Position numbers and translations under genes: made by a program. Positions 52,528 to 64,000 of a DNA stretch of 64,000 nucleotides are shown here, one piece after another. The notes below the pieces were generated by a model. It did no database searches and was not told the DNA's origin. It saw nothing but the letters and a program-made list of their open reading frames with translations. Each line of letters begins with the position of its first letter. Within the stretch, counting starts at the first letter, position 1. This DNA is from Vulcanimicrobiota bacterium (lineage in GTDB: Bacteria; Vulcanimicrobiota; Vulcanimicrobiia; Vulcanimicrobiales; Vulcanimicrobiaceae), in the NCBI GenBank assembly GCA_963786105.1, contig CAWAXX010000025.1, positions 1 through 64,000 of the forward strand, in the 5' to 3' direction.

Positions 52528-53259
52528 ATGCACGCACTTCGAAAGTTTACAATGGCGGCGCTCGCACTCGGCCTGGCCGCCGCGCCGCTCGTTATCGCCG
52601 CTCAATCGGTCACCGTCGTCGTCAACGGACAGGTGATGAACTTCGATCAACCGCCGATTCTTCAAGCCGGGCGCGTTTTCGTGCCGCTTCGGGGGATCTT
52701 CGAGCAGCTTGGAGCCAGCGTCGTTTACGCGAACGGTCAGATCAACGCGACCGGCCGGGGACGTACCGTCTCGCTCACGATCGGCTCGACGCAGGCGACG
52801 GTCGACGGACAACCTCAAACGTTGGACGTGGCGCCGTTCGTCGTAGGTGCCCGCACGCTGGTCCCCCTGCGCTTCATCGCGCAGTCGCTTGGCGCCACGG
52901 TTAACTGGAACGATTCGACCAGCACCGTCACGATCAACGGCGGGAAAGGAGGCGGGCCTGTGCCGGCGCCGCCACCCGCCGGAGCGGTCTCGTTGACGAC
53001 CCGGTGGCCGACGGGTACCGTCTACAACCACTATCCGCAGATCCGCTTTCAGCTGAACCGGCCCGTCCGGATCGGCAGCTTCCAACTGCTGCTCGACGGA
53101 CGCGACATCACCGGCGGGCTTCAAAGCAACGCGCAGTTCTACTACGCGCCCGTTCCGTGGTCGCTGACGATGGGCAACCACCGCGTCCGGGTTTACGGCC
53201 GCACCGTCGGTGGCGTCCCGTTCGATCTGAACTGGACCTTCTACCAGGGGAGCTACTAA
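52528..53259 (+). CDS. Copper amine oxidase N-terminal (stalk) domain protein
   Basis: Signal peptide, GRVFVPLRGIFEQLGA, RTLVPLRFIAQSLGA. Confidence 0.88.
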   Translation: MHALRKFTMAALALGLAAAPLVIAAQSVTVVVNGQVMNFDQPPILQAGRVFVPLRGIFEQLGASVVYANGQINATGRGRTVSLTIGSTQATVDGQPQTLDVAPFVVGARTLVPLRFIAQSLGATVNWNDSTSTVTINGGKGGGPVPAPPPAGAVSLTTRWPTGTVYNHYPQIRFQLNRPVRIGSFQLLLDGRDITGGLQSNAQFYYAPVPWSLTMGNHRVRVYGRTVGGVPFDLNWTFYQGSY

Positions 53260-53318
53260 GAGCGACGGCGCCTCATCCTAGCCGGGGAACCGCCGGTACG
53301 CGCTGAAACGGTTTTCCG

Positions 53319-54073
53319 ATGAAACGCCGTGCGCTGGTGACCGGGGCGGCAGCCGGCCTAGCGGCCGGCGTAGCGGCGGCCTTGCCCGCCGCCGGGTTCG
53401 AACGCGTGGCGATTACGTATCGCGCAACCCTCCCAACGCAAACGCTGGCGGCCATCGAATCCGCGGGCGCGTCCGCCGGCGCCGCGCGCGTCGATTTTCT
53501 CGACGACGAGGCGACGGTTTCTGCCGCTCTTGACGAGCTGGTCCGCAACTGCGGACCGTTCGATACCCTGGTTCACGGAATCGGTCCACTGATCCTCAAG
53601 CGTTTCGAACGACTGACGATGGACGACTACCGCGAAACCTTCGACGGCAACGTTCGCAGCGCGGTACTGGCAACGCGCTCGGTCATTGCGGGAATGCGGT
53701 CGGCAAACTTCGGACGCATCGTTTTCTTCGCGATGCTCGGCTCGGGCCAAACGCAACCGTTTCGCGGGTTTTCGTTCTATCAGGGTGCCAAGAGCGCGTT
53801 GGTGGCATTCGCACGCTGCTTGGCTATCGAAGAAGCACGTCACGGGATTACGATCAACGTCGTTGCTCCCGGCGACATTCGGCAAAAGTCGCTCCCACGT
53901 GCTGAAGCGCTTGCACGTGAGGGTGCCAATCCACGCGGCCGGCCGGGCAGCTACGAAGACGTTTCCGACGCGGTGCGCTTTTTGGTCGCGCGAGACCGCG
54001 ATTTCGTCACCGGAGCCGTGTTGGACGTCACCGGGGGGTTGACGCAAGCCGACGAGCGAAACGAACCCGCTCG

Positions 54074-54077
<4 letters not shown>
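53319..54077 (+). CDS. SDR oxidoreductase
   Basis: ALVTGAAAGLA, YQGAK, INVVAPG. Confidence 0.9.
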
Positions 54078-56619
<2,542 letters not shown>

Positions 56620-56634
<15 letters not shown>

Positions 56635-57976
56635 ACGCAGAATCGTCGCGTTCGCTCTGGTCTGCACCGCAATCGTGCTCGTGGGATGGAGCTGGAACCG
56701 AACGCGGCCTTCAGGCGTCTTCGAACCGCATCCGGCGAGCGTCTCCGCGCCCGTCGGCAGAGCGCCGAAACCGGCGCTTGCGAACCCTTCGTGGCAAGCG
56801 CGGGACGTCGCGCGATTGCGTGGAGCGCTGCACGGCGCATTCGCGCCGGCTCTGTCGGGCGCGCGGCGGTGGAGCCTCGTCGTGCTCGACTCCGGCGGCC
56901 GCACGATATACGACGATCGCGCGCTGGTGGCGGTGGCGCCGGCCAGCGTTCAGAAACTGATCGTGGCTGCGGCCGCCATCGACGTTCTCGGCTCGGGATT
57001 CCGCTACCACACCGTTTTTGCGTCGCAAAATGCCATTGCGGGCGACGGATCCCTCGAGGGCAATCTCTGGCTGGCGGGCTCGGGCGATCCATCCCTGCGC
57101 GGCAGCGACGTGCGCGCCGGCGTCGCCGCACTCGAACGAGGCGGTCTGCGAAGCATTTCGGGAAGCGTTGCCGTCGACTCGACGGCGCTGCAAGGGCCCG
57201 AACTGAATCCTCATTGGGATCGCGACGATGCGAGCGAGGACTATGCCGCGCCTACGAACGCCCTGTCTATCGACGGCGATACGATCGAGTCGCAGAAGAT
57301 CGTCGGCGGTATCCAAGAGCGGTTTTGGACTCCGGTGCACGACGTACCGCGCTACGCCGCAACCATGATCGAGCAAATGCTTCGGCAACGCAACATATCC
57401 ATTGGAGCACGGCCCATCGTCGCTCGTTCACCGCTCGATTCGCTGGTGCTGTGGGATCATCGCTCCGCCACGTTGCGCGCGCTCGAAACGCACATGCTAT
57501 TCTTCTCCGACAACCACTACGCCGAACAGTTGCTTCGCACGCTAGGAGGCGAGGGCGGCGCCACGGCCGACGATGCGGGCGGTTTGGCGGTGGAGCGCAA
57601 CTTTCTGAGCGAGCGTGGAATACCGGATCCGGGTTTGCGCCTCGACGACGGAAGCGGCTTGTCGGCCGAAAATCGCGTCGCGGGAATCACGCTCGCGCGA
57701 GTTCTTTCCGACGCACAGCTCCGCGGCGGAGACTCGTCGTTGTATCCGCTCCTTCCCCAAGGCGGCCGTGAAGGGACCCTGCGCGACTACGATTTCACGA
57801 CCGCACTCGGGCGGGTTCGCGCAAAGAGCGGCCACATCAGCGGCGTGTCGTCGCTCGCGGGATACGCAAATACGGCGCGCCACGGTCGCGTGGCGTTTGC
57901 GTTTTTGATCAACGGTTCGCCCGGCGATCCCGACGCCGCCATCGTGCGCGCCGTCGATCGACTGGCGACGTTTTGA
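56620..57976 (+). CDS. dacB: D-Ala-D-Ala carboxypeptidase/endopeptidase PBP4 (S13); start uncertain
   Basis: PASVQK, GSGDP, SDN, DGSGLS, AKSG. Confidence 0.88.
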
Positions 57977-57984
57977 GGTCGTCG

Positions 57985-59406
57985 ATGCTTGATGAAGTGC
58001 TGGAGGAATCCGTTCTCGCGCGCCTGATCGGTCGTGCGCTCCGACGCGGCGGCGAGTTCGCGGACGTTTTTTGCGAGCGGCGCAACGCGCAGTCGTTTCG
58101 CCTTCAGGACGGGCGCATTCACGAGGCCTCATGCGGCGTCACGCTCGGCGTCGGTATTCGGGTCATCGCCGGCGAGTCGGCAGGATATGCGTATTCCGAC
58201 GACTTGAGCCTCGAGGCGTTGATGCAGGCGGCCGACGCGGCGTCGCTGATCTCGCGCGGAGCTTCGAGCACAAGCGGGGGGAGTGCGGACCTTTGTCGGC
58301 AGGACGTTGCGTCGTGGTACGACGGGGCCGGCGACGGTCGTGCCGGTTCGGCGCGATTCGTCGCGCTGCTCGAACGAGCCGACGTCGCCGCCCGTGCGTT
58401 CGACCCGCGCGTGGTCGCAGTCAACGCGCACGTTGCCGAGGAACTGCAGGAGGTTTGGATCGCCAACAGCGACGGACGATTCGTGCACGACCGCCGGCCG
58501 ATGATCACGCTTGGAGTGCAAGTCGTCGCCAGCGATGCGAAGGAGCGCGGCTCCGGTTATGCCGGCGACGGCGGTCGAACGTCGATCGCCTACTTCGACC
58601 AATGCTCGCCTGAGGCGCTCGCAACGGATGCCGCCAGAATCGCCTTGGTGAACGTATCGGCAATCCCGGCTCCGGCGGGGGAGATGGCTATGGTGGTCGG
58701 CGCGGGCGGCGGCGGCGTTTTGTTGCACGAAGCCGTCGGGCACGGACTCGAGAGCGACTTCAATCGGCGCGGCACGTCGCTGTACAGCGGCCGCGTCGGA
58801 GAGCGGGTCGCGAGCGAACTCGTGACGATTTACGACGACGGCGATCTTCCGGAGGAGCGCGGCAGCCTCAACGTCGACGACGAAGGTGTGGCCGGACAGC
58901 ATAAAGTGCTGGTAGAAAACGGCGTACTCCGCGGGTACATGCAAGATTTACTGAACGCTCGTTTGATGGGAGTGCGATCCACGGGCAGCGGTCGCCGGCA
59001 GTCTTTTCGCTTTCTGCCTCAACCGCGCATGTGCAATACGTACATGCCCGGCGGCACCTCGTCGGTCGAGGAGATTCTGGCATCGACCAAGCGCGGACTG
59101 TACGCGAAGTCGTTTGCGGGCGGTCAAGTGGAGATCAGCAAGGGCGACTTCGTGTTCATGGTCGGCGAAGGGTATCTCGTCGAAAACGGCAAGATGACCG
59201 CGCCGGTGAAAAACGCTACCATCGTCGGAAATGGGCCCGATGCGATGACGAAAGTAACGGCGGTGGCCAACGATAGCCGGCTGGCTCGCCGTCACTACAC
59301 GTGCGGGAAAGGCGGCCAGTACGTACCCGTCGGCGTCGGGATGCCGACCGTCAAGATCTCGTCGATCACCGTCGGGGGAACGCGACCCGAGAGCGGTCCC
59401 TCGTGA
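57985..59406 (+). CDS. tldD: TldD metalloprotease
   Basis: LLHEAVGHGLE, PRMCNT, CGKGGQYVPVGVG. Confidence 0.92.
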   Translation: MLDEVLEESVLARLIGRALRRGGEFADVFCERRNAQSFRLQDGRIHEASCGVTLGVGIRVIAGESAGYAYSDDLSLEALMQAADAASLISRGASSTSGGSADLCRQDVASWYDGAGDGRAGSARFVALLERADVAARAFDPRVVAVNAHVAEELQEVWIANSDGRFVHDRRPMITLGVQVVASDAKERGSGYAGDGGRTSIAYFDQCSPEALATDAARIALVNVSAIPAPAGEMAMVVGAGGGGVLLHEAVGHGLESDFNRRGTSLYSGRVGERVASELVTIYDDGDLPEERGSLNVDDEGVAGQHKVLVENGVLRGYMQDLLNARLMGVRSTGSGRRQSFRFLPQPRMCNTYMPGGTSSVEEILASTKRGLYAKSFAGGQVEISKGDFVFMVGEGYLVENGKMTAPVKNATIVGNGPDAMTKVTAVANDSRLARRHYTCGKGGQYVPVGVGMPTVKISSITVGGTRPESGPS

Positions 59407-60734
59407 ATGAAACGCACGCCCTGGAAGCTGCCGAGCGCGCTATCGCGGCAGCGACCTCCGCTGGAGCCGATGCGGCCGAAGCCACCGTTTCGATCGTGCG
59501 GCGCTTTCACGTCGAAGCGCGCGAGAGCGTCGTTTCAAAGCTCGAACAGTCGACTGGCAAATCGCTGCACTTGCGCGTATTTGTCGACGGTCGCAAGGCG
59601 TCGCTGACGACCACCGATTTGTCGCTCGAGGGGCTGGGCGGCGCGGTCGATCGAACGATGACGCGCGCCGGTCACGTCGCGTCCGACGCGCTGGCCGGTC
59701 TGCCGGAGGAGTTCGCCGCCGATCTCCCCACGCTCGAACTGCACGATCGCCGCATAGAAACGCGCGGTGGCGAGGAAAAGATCGAAGAGGCCTTGGCACT
59801 CGAACGTCTCGTTCGCGCGGCCGACACGCGCATCGTCAATTCGAGCGGGTCGCACTACGCCGACGCATCGTCGGTCACCGCCATCGCAAACTCCGCCGGA
59901 TTTGCCGCTTCGTACGCGTCGACGCGGGCGAGCCGTTCGACCGGTCCGGTCGCCGTTGATGGCACGGTGAAGCGGACGGCGCATTACGGAACGGCCGCGC
60001 GCCACTTCGCCGAGCTCGAAGGCTCGGCAGCGGTTGCGCGGACCGCGGCACGTCGCGCGGTCGAACTCTTCGGAGCGAGAAAACCCGCGACCATGCGCGT
60101 GCCGGTCATCTTCGAGCGGGACGTGGCCTCGAGCATTTTGGACGATTTCTTTGCGGCGGTTTCCGCTGCCAACGTTGCGACCGGCAACTCCTGGCTGATC
60201 GACCGGCTCGGAACCAGGGTCGGCAGCCGCCACGTCAACGTCGTCGACGACGGTCGTATCGAAGGTAAACTCGGAAGCGCACCTTTCGACGGAGAAGGCG
60301 TCGCGACACGCCGGACTGCGGTGCTCGAAGGAGGGCTCCTACGGACCTTTTTGTACGACACCTACTATGCGCGCAAACTCGGCGCCGCCAGCACCGGCAA
60401 TTCCAACGGCAGCGGGGTCGGATCCAACAACTTCTACCTCGAACCCGGGGAGCCGTCCCTCGAGGAACTCGTGGCGGCGACGCCGCGAGGCATTCTGGTG
60501 CTCGACACCATCGGCTTTGCAACCGAGCACGCCTCGGGTACCTACAGCCGCGGCGCGCGCGGCTTTTTCATCGAGGGCGGCGAACTCGCCTATCCGATCG
60601 ACGAATTCACCATCGCGGGTGCGTACGTCGACATGCTGGCGGGGATCGATGCCGTCGCCAACGATTTACGGTTCGACGGCGCCGTCGTCTCGCCGTCGTT
60701 CCGAGTAGCGGAAATGACGATTAGCGGCAACTAG
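59403..60734 (+). CDS. pmbA: PmbA/TldE
   Basis: PFDGEG, SGTYSRGARG, FTIAG; paired with tldD. Confidence 0.88.
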   Translation: MNETHALEAAERAIAAATSAGADAAEATVSIVRRFHVEARESVVSKLEQSTGKSLHLRVFVDGRKASLTTTDLSLEGLGGAVDRTMTRAGHVASDALAGLPEEFAADLPTLELHDRRIETRGGEEKIEEALALERLVRAADTRIVNSSGSHYADASSVTAIANSAGFAASYASTRASRSTGPVAVDGTVKRTAHYGTAARHFAELEGSAAVARTAARRAVELFGARKPATMRVPVIFERDVASSILDDFFAAVSAANVATGNSWLIDRLGTRVGSRHVNVVDDGRIEGKLGSAPFDGEGVATRRTAVLEGGLLRTFLYDTYYARKLGAASTGNSNGSGVGSNNFYLEPGEPSLEELVAATPRGILVLDTIGFATEHASGTYSRGARGFFIEGGELAYPIDEFTIAGAYVDMLAGIDAVANDLRFDGAVVSPSFRVAEMTISGN

Positions 60735-60769
60735 CGCCCCGAAGTGGGGCGCGCAACGGAGGCCAGAGG

Positions 60770-62212
60770 ATGCCAATTCAGGCGATCAGTTTTACCGTCA
60801 TCATGCGCATCGAAATGCCGAACGAGCCAGGCGCTTTCGGCGTTTTGACCAACGCGATCGGCGATGCCGGTGGAACGATTGCGGCCGTCGACATGCACTC
60901 GGTCAGCAAGACGCATATGATGCGCGACGTTACGATCAACGTCGCGTCGGACGCGGTCGCCAACGAAGTGCGGAGCGCCGTCGAGGGGATCGAGGGCGCG
61001 CGCATCATCTTTGCCTCGGACTCCACCTTCTTGGCGCACATCGGCGGCAAGATTCGCATCGAGTCGAAGATGCCGTTGAAAAGCCGTCAGGACCTTTCGA
61101 CCGTCTACACGCCGGGCGTCGCGCGAGTCTCAATGGCGATTGCCGCCGATCCGGCCAAAGCGTTTCAGCTGACGATCAAGCGCAACTTAGTCGCCGTCGT
61201 CACCGACGGAACGGCGGTGCTGGGCCTGGGCGACATCGGACCTCTCGGCGCGCTGCCCGTGATGGAAGGCAAGGTTATGCTTTTCCGGCAGTTTGCCGGC
61301 ATCGACGCGTTCCCGATCTGCCTCGATACCAAAGATGTCGACGAAATCGTCGAAACGGTTCAGCGAATCGCGCCGGTCTTCGGCGGAATCAACTTGGAGG
61401 ACATCAGCGCTCCACGCTGCTTCGAAGTCGAAGAACGATTGATCGAGGCTCTCGACATTCCCGTAATGCACGACGATCAGCACGGAACGGCGGTCGTCAT
61501 TCTTGCCGCCCTCATCAATGCGGCTGCGGTAGTGGGAAAGCGTCTCGAGGACTTGCGCATCGTCGTTTCGGGAAGCGGCGCGGCCGGGACGGCGACCATC
61601 AAGATGCTTCTCGGCGCCGGAGTTCGCGACGTCATCCCGGTCGACCGCAGCGGCGCACTCAATCGCGAAGACCGATACGAAAACCCGCAGTGGCGCTGGC
61701 TCGCCGAACACTGCAACCGAGAGAACCGGCGCGGTTCGCTGGCCGAGGTTCTCGAGGGAGTCGACGTGTTCATCGGCGTTTCCGCTCCGGGCATCTTGCA
61801 GCCCGAGCACATCGCTCGGATGGCACGAGATCCGATCGTCTTTGCGATGGCAAATCCTACCCCGGAGATCATGCCCGACGTCGCAGCGCCGGTAGCAGCG
61901 GTCATCGCGACGGGACGTTCGGACTTCCCCAACCAGGTCAATAATTTGCTGGCGTTTCCGGGAATCTTCCGCGGCGCTCTCGACGTGCGCGCCCGCCGTA
62001 TCACCGAACGCATGAAACTGGCGGCGGCATTTGCCATCGCCGGCATCGTCACCGACGACGAGCGCAATCCCGAGTACATCATTCCGAGCGTTTTCGACGT
62101 GCGGGTGGTGGACGCGGTCGCCAAAGCGGTGGCGACGGCGGCGATGGAAGAAGGCGTTGCGCGCCGGACGCTCGTCAAGAACGAGGGCGAGGACCTTGCG
62201 GCGAGCGTGTAG
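60770..62212 (+). CDS. NAD(P)-dependent malic enzyme with N-terminal ACT domain
   Basis: VYTPGVA, DGTAVLGLG, NLEDISAP, HDDQHGTA, ATGRSDFPNQVNN. Confidence 0.93.
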   Translation: MPIQAISFTVIMRIEMPNEPGAFGVLTNAIGDAGGTIAAVDMHSVSKTHMMRDVTINVASDAVANEVRSAVEGIEGARIIFASDSTFLAHIGGKIRIESKMPLKSRQDLSTVYTPGVARVSMAIAADPAKAFQLTIKRNLVAVVTDGTAVLGLGDIGPLGALPVMEGKVMLFRQFAGIDAFPICLDTKDVDEIVETVQRIAPVFGGINLEDISAPRCFEVEERLIEALDIPVMHDDQHGTAVVILAALINAAAVVGKRLEDLRIVVSGSGAAGTATIKMLLGAGVRDVIPVDRSGALNREDRYENPQWRWLAEHCNRENRRGSLAEVLEGVDVFIGVSAPGILQPEHIARMARDPIVFAMANPTPEIMPDVAAPVAAVIATGRSDFPNQVNNLLAFPGIFRGALDVRARRITERMKLAAAFAIAGIVTDDERNPEYIIPSVFDVRVVDAVAKAVATAAMEEGVARRTLVKNEGEDLAASV

Positions 62213-62255
62213 GTTCGCGGCCTTCAGCGGTGCGTCATAGGGTGATGGTGCCGCC

Positions 62256-62948
62256 GTGGCGCTAGCCCACATTCTCGTGATCGAGAGTGACTCGAGCGTC
62301 GCCCGACTCGAACGTAAGGCGCTCGAGGGCGCGGGGTACGACGTGCGCTGCACGCGTAGCGGTGCGGAGGGTCTGGATCTCGCAAAGACGTATGCGCCCG
62401 ACGTCGTCGTCCTCGACGTAGCCTTATCCGATCTCTCGGGTTTCGACGTGTGCGGGGTGCTCGCGAAATCTACGCCCGCGTTCATCCTGCTGGTCAGCGT
62501 GCGCGCGCGCCACCAGGACGTTTTGCGAGGCCTTCAAATGGGCGCCGACGATTGCATGACGCGGCCGTTTTCCGGCAGCGAGCTGGTCGCCCGAGTCGCC
62601 TCGTTCTTGCGCCGCCGTAAGAAACTCACGGCTCGTCCAGTCGACGGCAGCGTGCTGGACCTTGGACCCTCGTACCTCGACCGGAACTTCCACACGCTTT
62701 CGAACAACGGCAGCCGCACGACGTTGACGGCGCTCGAGTTTCGTCTGATGTGGTTCTTGGGCGAGGCCGAAGGCCGGCTGCTGACGCGCGCCCAAATCCT
62801 CGAGGCGGTCTGGAACGACACCTCCGGCGTCCCGACTCGCGTGGTCGACGTTCACATCGCGGCGCTGCGAAAGAAACTCGCAAGAATCCGTGCGCCGCTC
62901 GAGATTGCAAGCGTGCGCGGCATTGGCTACCGGCTCGACAAAAAATAG
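62256..62948 (+). CDS. OmpR-family response regulator
   Basis: Receiver domain plus LTALEFRL, RVVDVHIAALRKKL, SVRGIGY. Confidence 0.9.
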   Translation: MALAHILVIESDSSVARLERKALEGAGYDVRCTRSGAEGLDLAKTYAPDVVVLDVALSDLSGFDVCGVLAKSTPAFILLVSVRARHQDVLRGLQMGADDCMTRPFSGSELVARVASFLRRRKKLTARPVDGSVLDLGPSYLDRNFHTLSNNGSRTTLTALEFRLMWFLGEAEGRLLTRAQILEAVWNDTSGVPTRVVDVHIAALRKKLARIRAPLEIASVRGIGYRLDKK

Positions 62949-64000
62949 CGCGTTCGGAGCGTCGCTGCGGCTTGAGGCGGCCGACCCGCGTCCGCTGTAC
63001 GTTCAGCTCGCCGACCAGCTCGTCGAAGCCATCGAAAACGAACTGGTGCGCCCCGGAGAGCGTTTGCCGGCGATGCGGGAATTGGCGGGCTCGCTCGATT
63101 GCGCGCTCGTGACGGTTTCGCAGGCGTACGAACTGCTCGCGGCGCGCGGTCGCGTGATATCGCGGGTTGGGAAAGGCACCTACGTCGCGCCGCCGCAAGA
63201 CCGTACTTTGCCGTTCGCGAGACGGTGGGAACCGGACGTTGGACGCTTCGCGCGCGCTGCCCGATTGGAGGGCGTGATGGAGTTGTTAACGCGCGCGACG
63301 GTTCCCGGCGCGATTACGCTGGCAACCGGCCATCCGGCTCCTGAAACGTTTCCGCTTCACGATTTCGGCCGCGCTTTCAACCGCACGCTGCTCGACGATC
63401 CGCCGGAGCTCATGCAGTACCGGTCGTCTACGGGCGATCGCGATTTATGCGACGCGCTGGCGGCCCTCTTGCGGCGCCGAAGTTGCCGCGCCGACGCCGC
63501 CGACGTTATCGTTTGTTCGGGTGCCCAGCAGGCGGCAGACATCGTCGCCACCGTCCTGCTCGACGATCGCAGCGTCGTGGCGAGCGAAAGCCCAACCTAT
63601 TCCGGAACGCTGGGAGTCTTCGATGCTCGAGGCGTCACCTACGTCGAAGTGCGCGGCGACGAGGACGGCGTGCGCGTCGACGACGTCGAGCGCGTCTTCG
63701 CCGAGTACCGGCCGCGCTTGTTCTACGTCAATCCGATCGCCCAAAATCCGACCGGCGCGGTATTGCCGGCGCGCCGCGCGCGGCAACTCGTGGCGCTGGC
63801 ACGCCGCTACGACGTCGTCATTCTCGAGGACCAGACCGGTTGGGCGCTAGCCTACGATTCGGTCGCGCCGCCGCCGTTAGCCGCCCACGACACCGACGGT
63901 CGCGTCATCTTGATGGAGAGTCTTTCTAAATCGATATTTCCGGCACTCCGCATCGGATATCTCTACGCAAAGGGCGGTCTTGCCGAAGCGCTGGAGGTGG
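62923..64000 (+). CDS. MocR/GabR-family regulator (GntR HTH + PLP aminotransferase domain); runs off the right edge, start uncertain
   Basis: Manual translation: PLYVQLAD...PGERLPAMRELA...VSQAYELL...GKGTYV; later SGAQQ, NPTG, SLSKSIFPALRIG. Confidence 0.88.
   Translation, partial: MATGSTKNSAFGASLRLEAADPRPLYVQLADQLVEAIENELVRPGERLPAMRELAGSLDCALVTVSQAYELLAARGRVISRVGKGTYVAPPQDRTLPFARRWEPDVGRFARAARLEGVMELLTRATVPGAITLATGHPAPETFPLHDFGRAFNRTLLDDPPELMQYRSSTGDRDLCDALAALLRRRSCRADAADVIVCSGAQQAADIVATVLLDDRSVVASESPTYSGTLGVFDARGVTYVEVRGDEDGVRVDDVERVFAEYRPRLFYVNPIAQNPTGAVLPARRARQLVALARRYDVVILEDQTGWALAYDSVAPPPLAAHDTDGRVILMESLSKSIFPALRIGYLYAKGGLAEALEV

Overview
The window has three parts. (1) 1-~7890 is a heavily frameshifted, actinobacterial-looking stretch (P450, luciferase-like fragment, mazEF-like TA pair, FAD oxidoreductase, saccharopine-dehydrogenase-like fragment). 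It ends mid-gene, back to back with another truncated gene, so it is probably a chimeric or low-quality contig end. (2) ~7890-21300 is an accessory island and the main finding. About a dozen unrelated single cargo genes are punctuated by ten co-oriented copies of a ~35-75 bp repeat (A), four independently diverged 3' ends of an HTH gene that I read as a solo-Cas1/casposase-like C-terminus, and two copies of a third block (C). The island ends in a serine recombinase whose 3' half is duplicated inside the array. Upstream of the recombinase is a perfect 12+2+12 palindrome, next to an apparently truncated host gene. The layout resembles an integron cassette array but has no attC sites or intI. (3) 21300-64000 is ordinary high-GC chromosome: prfB with its programmed frameshift, rlmN, glyQS, ppdK, dnaG, rpoD, dtd, proline dehydrogenase, kamB/kamC-like genes and kce, ABC permeases, tRNA-Leu(GAG), an RND pump, an M1 aminopeptidase, dacB, tldD/pmbA, malic enzyme and regulators. 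Gene style suggests Eremiobacterota (inference). Scattered single-base frameshifts look like long-read errors. All family calls come from motif recognition, not database searches.
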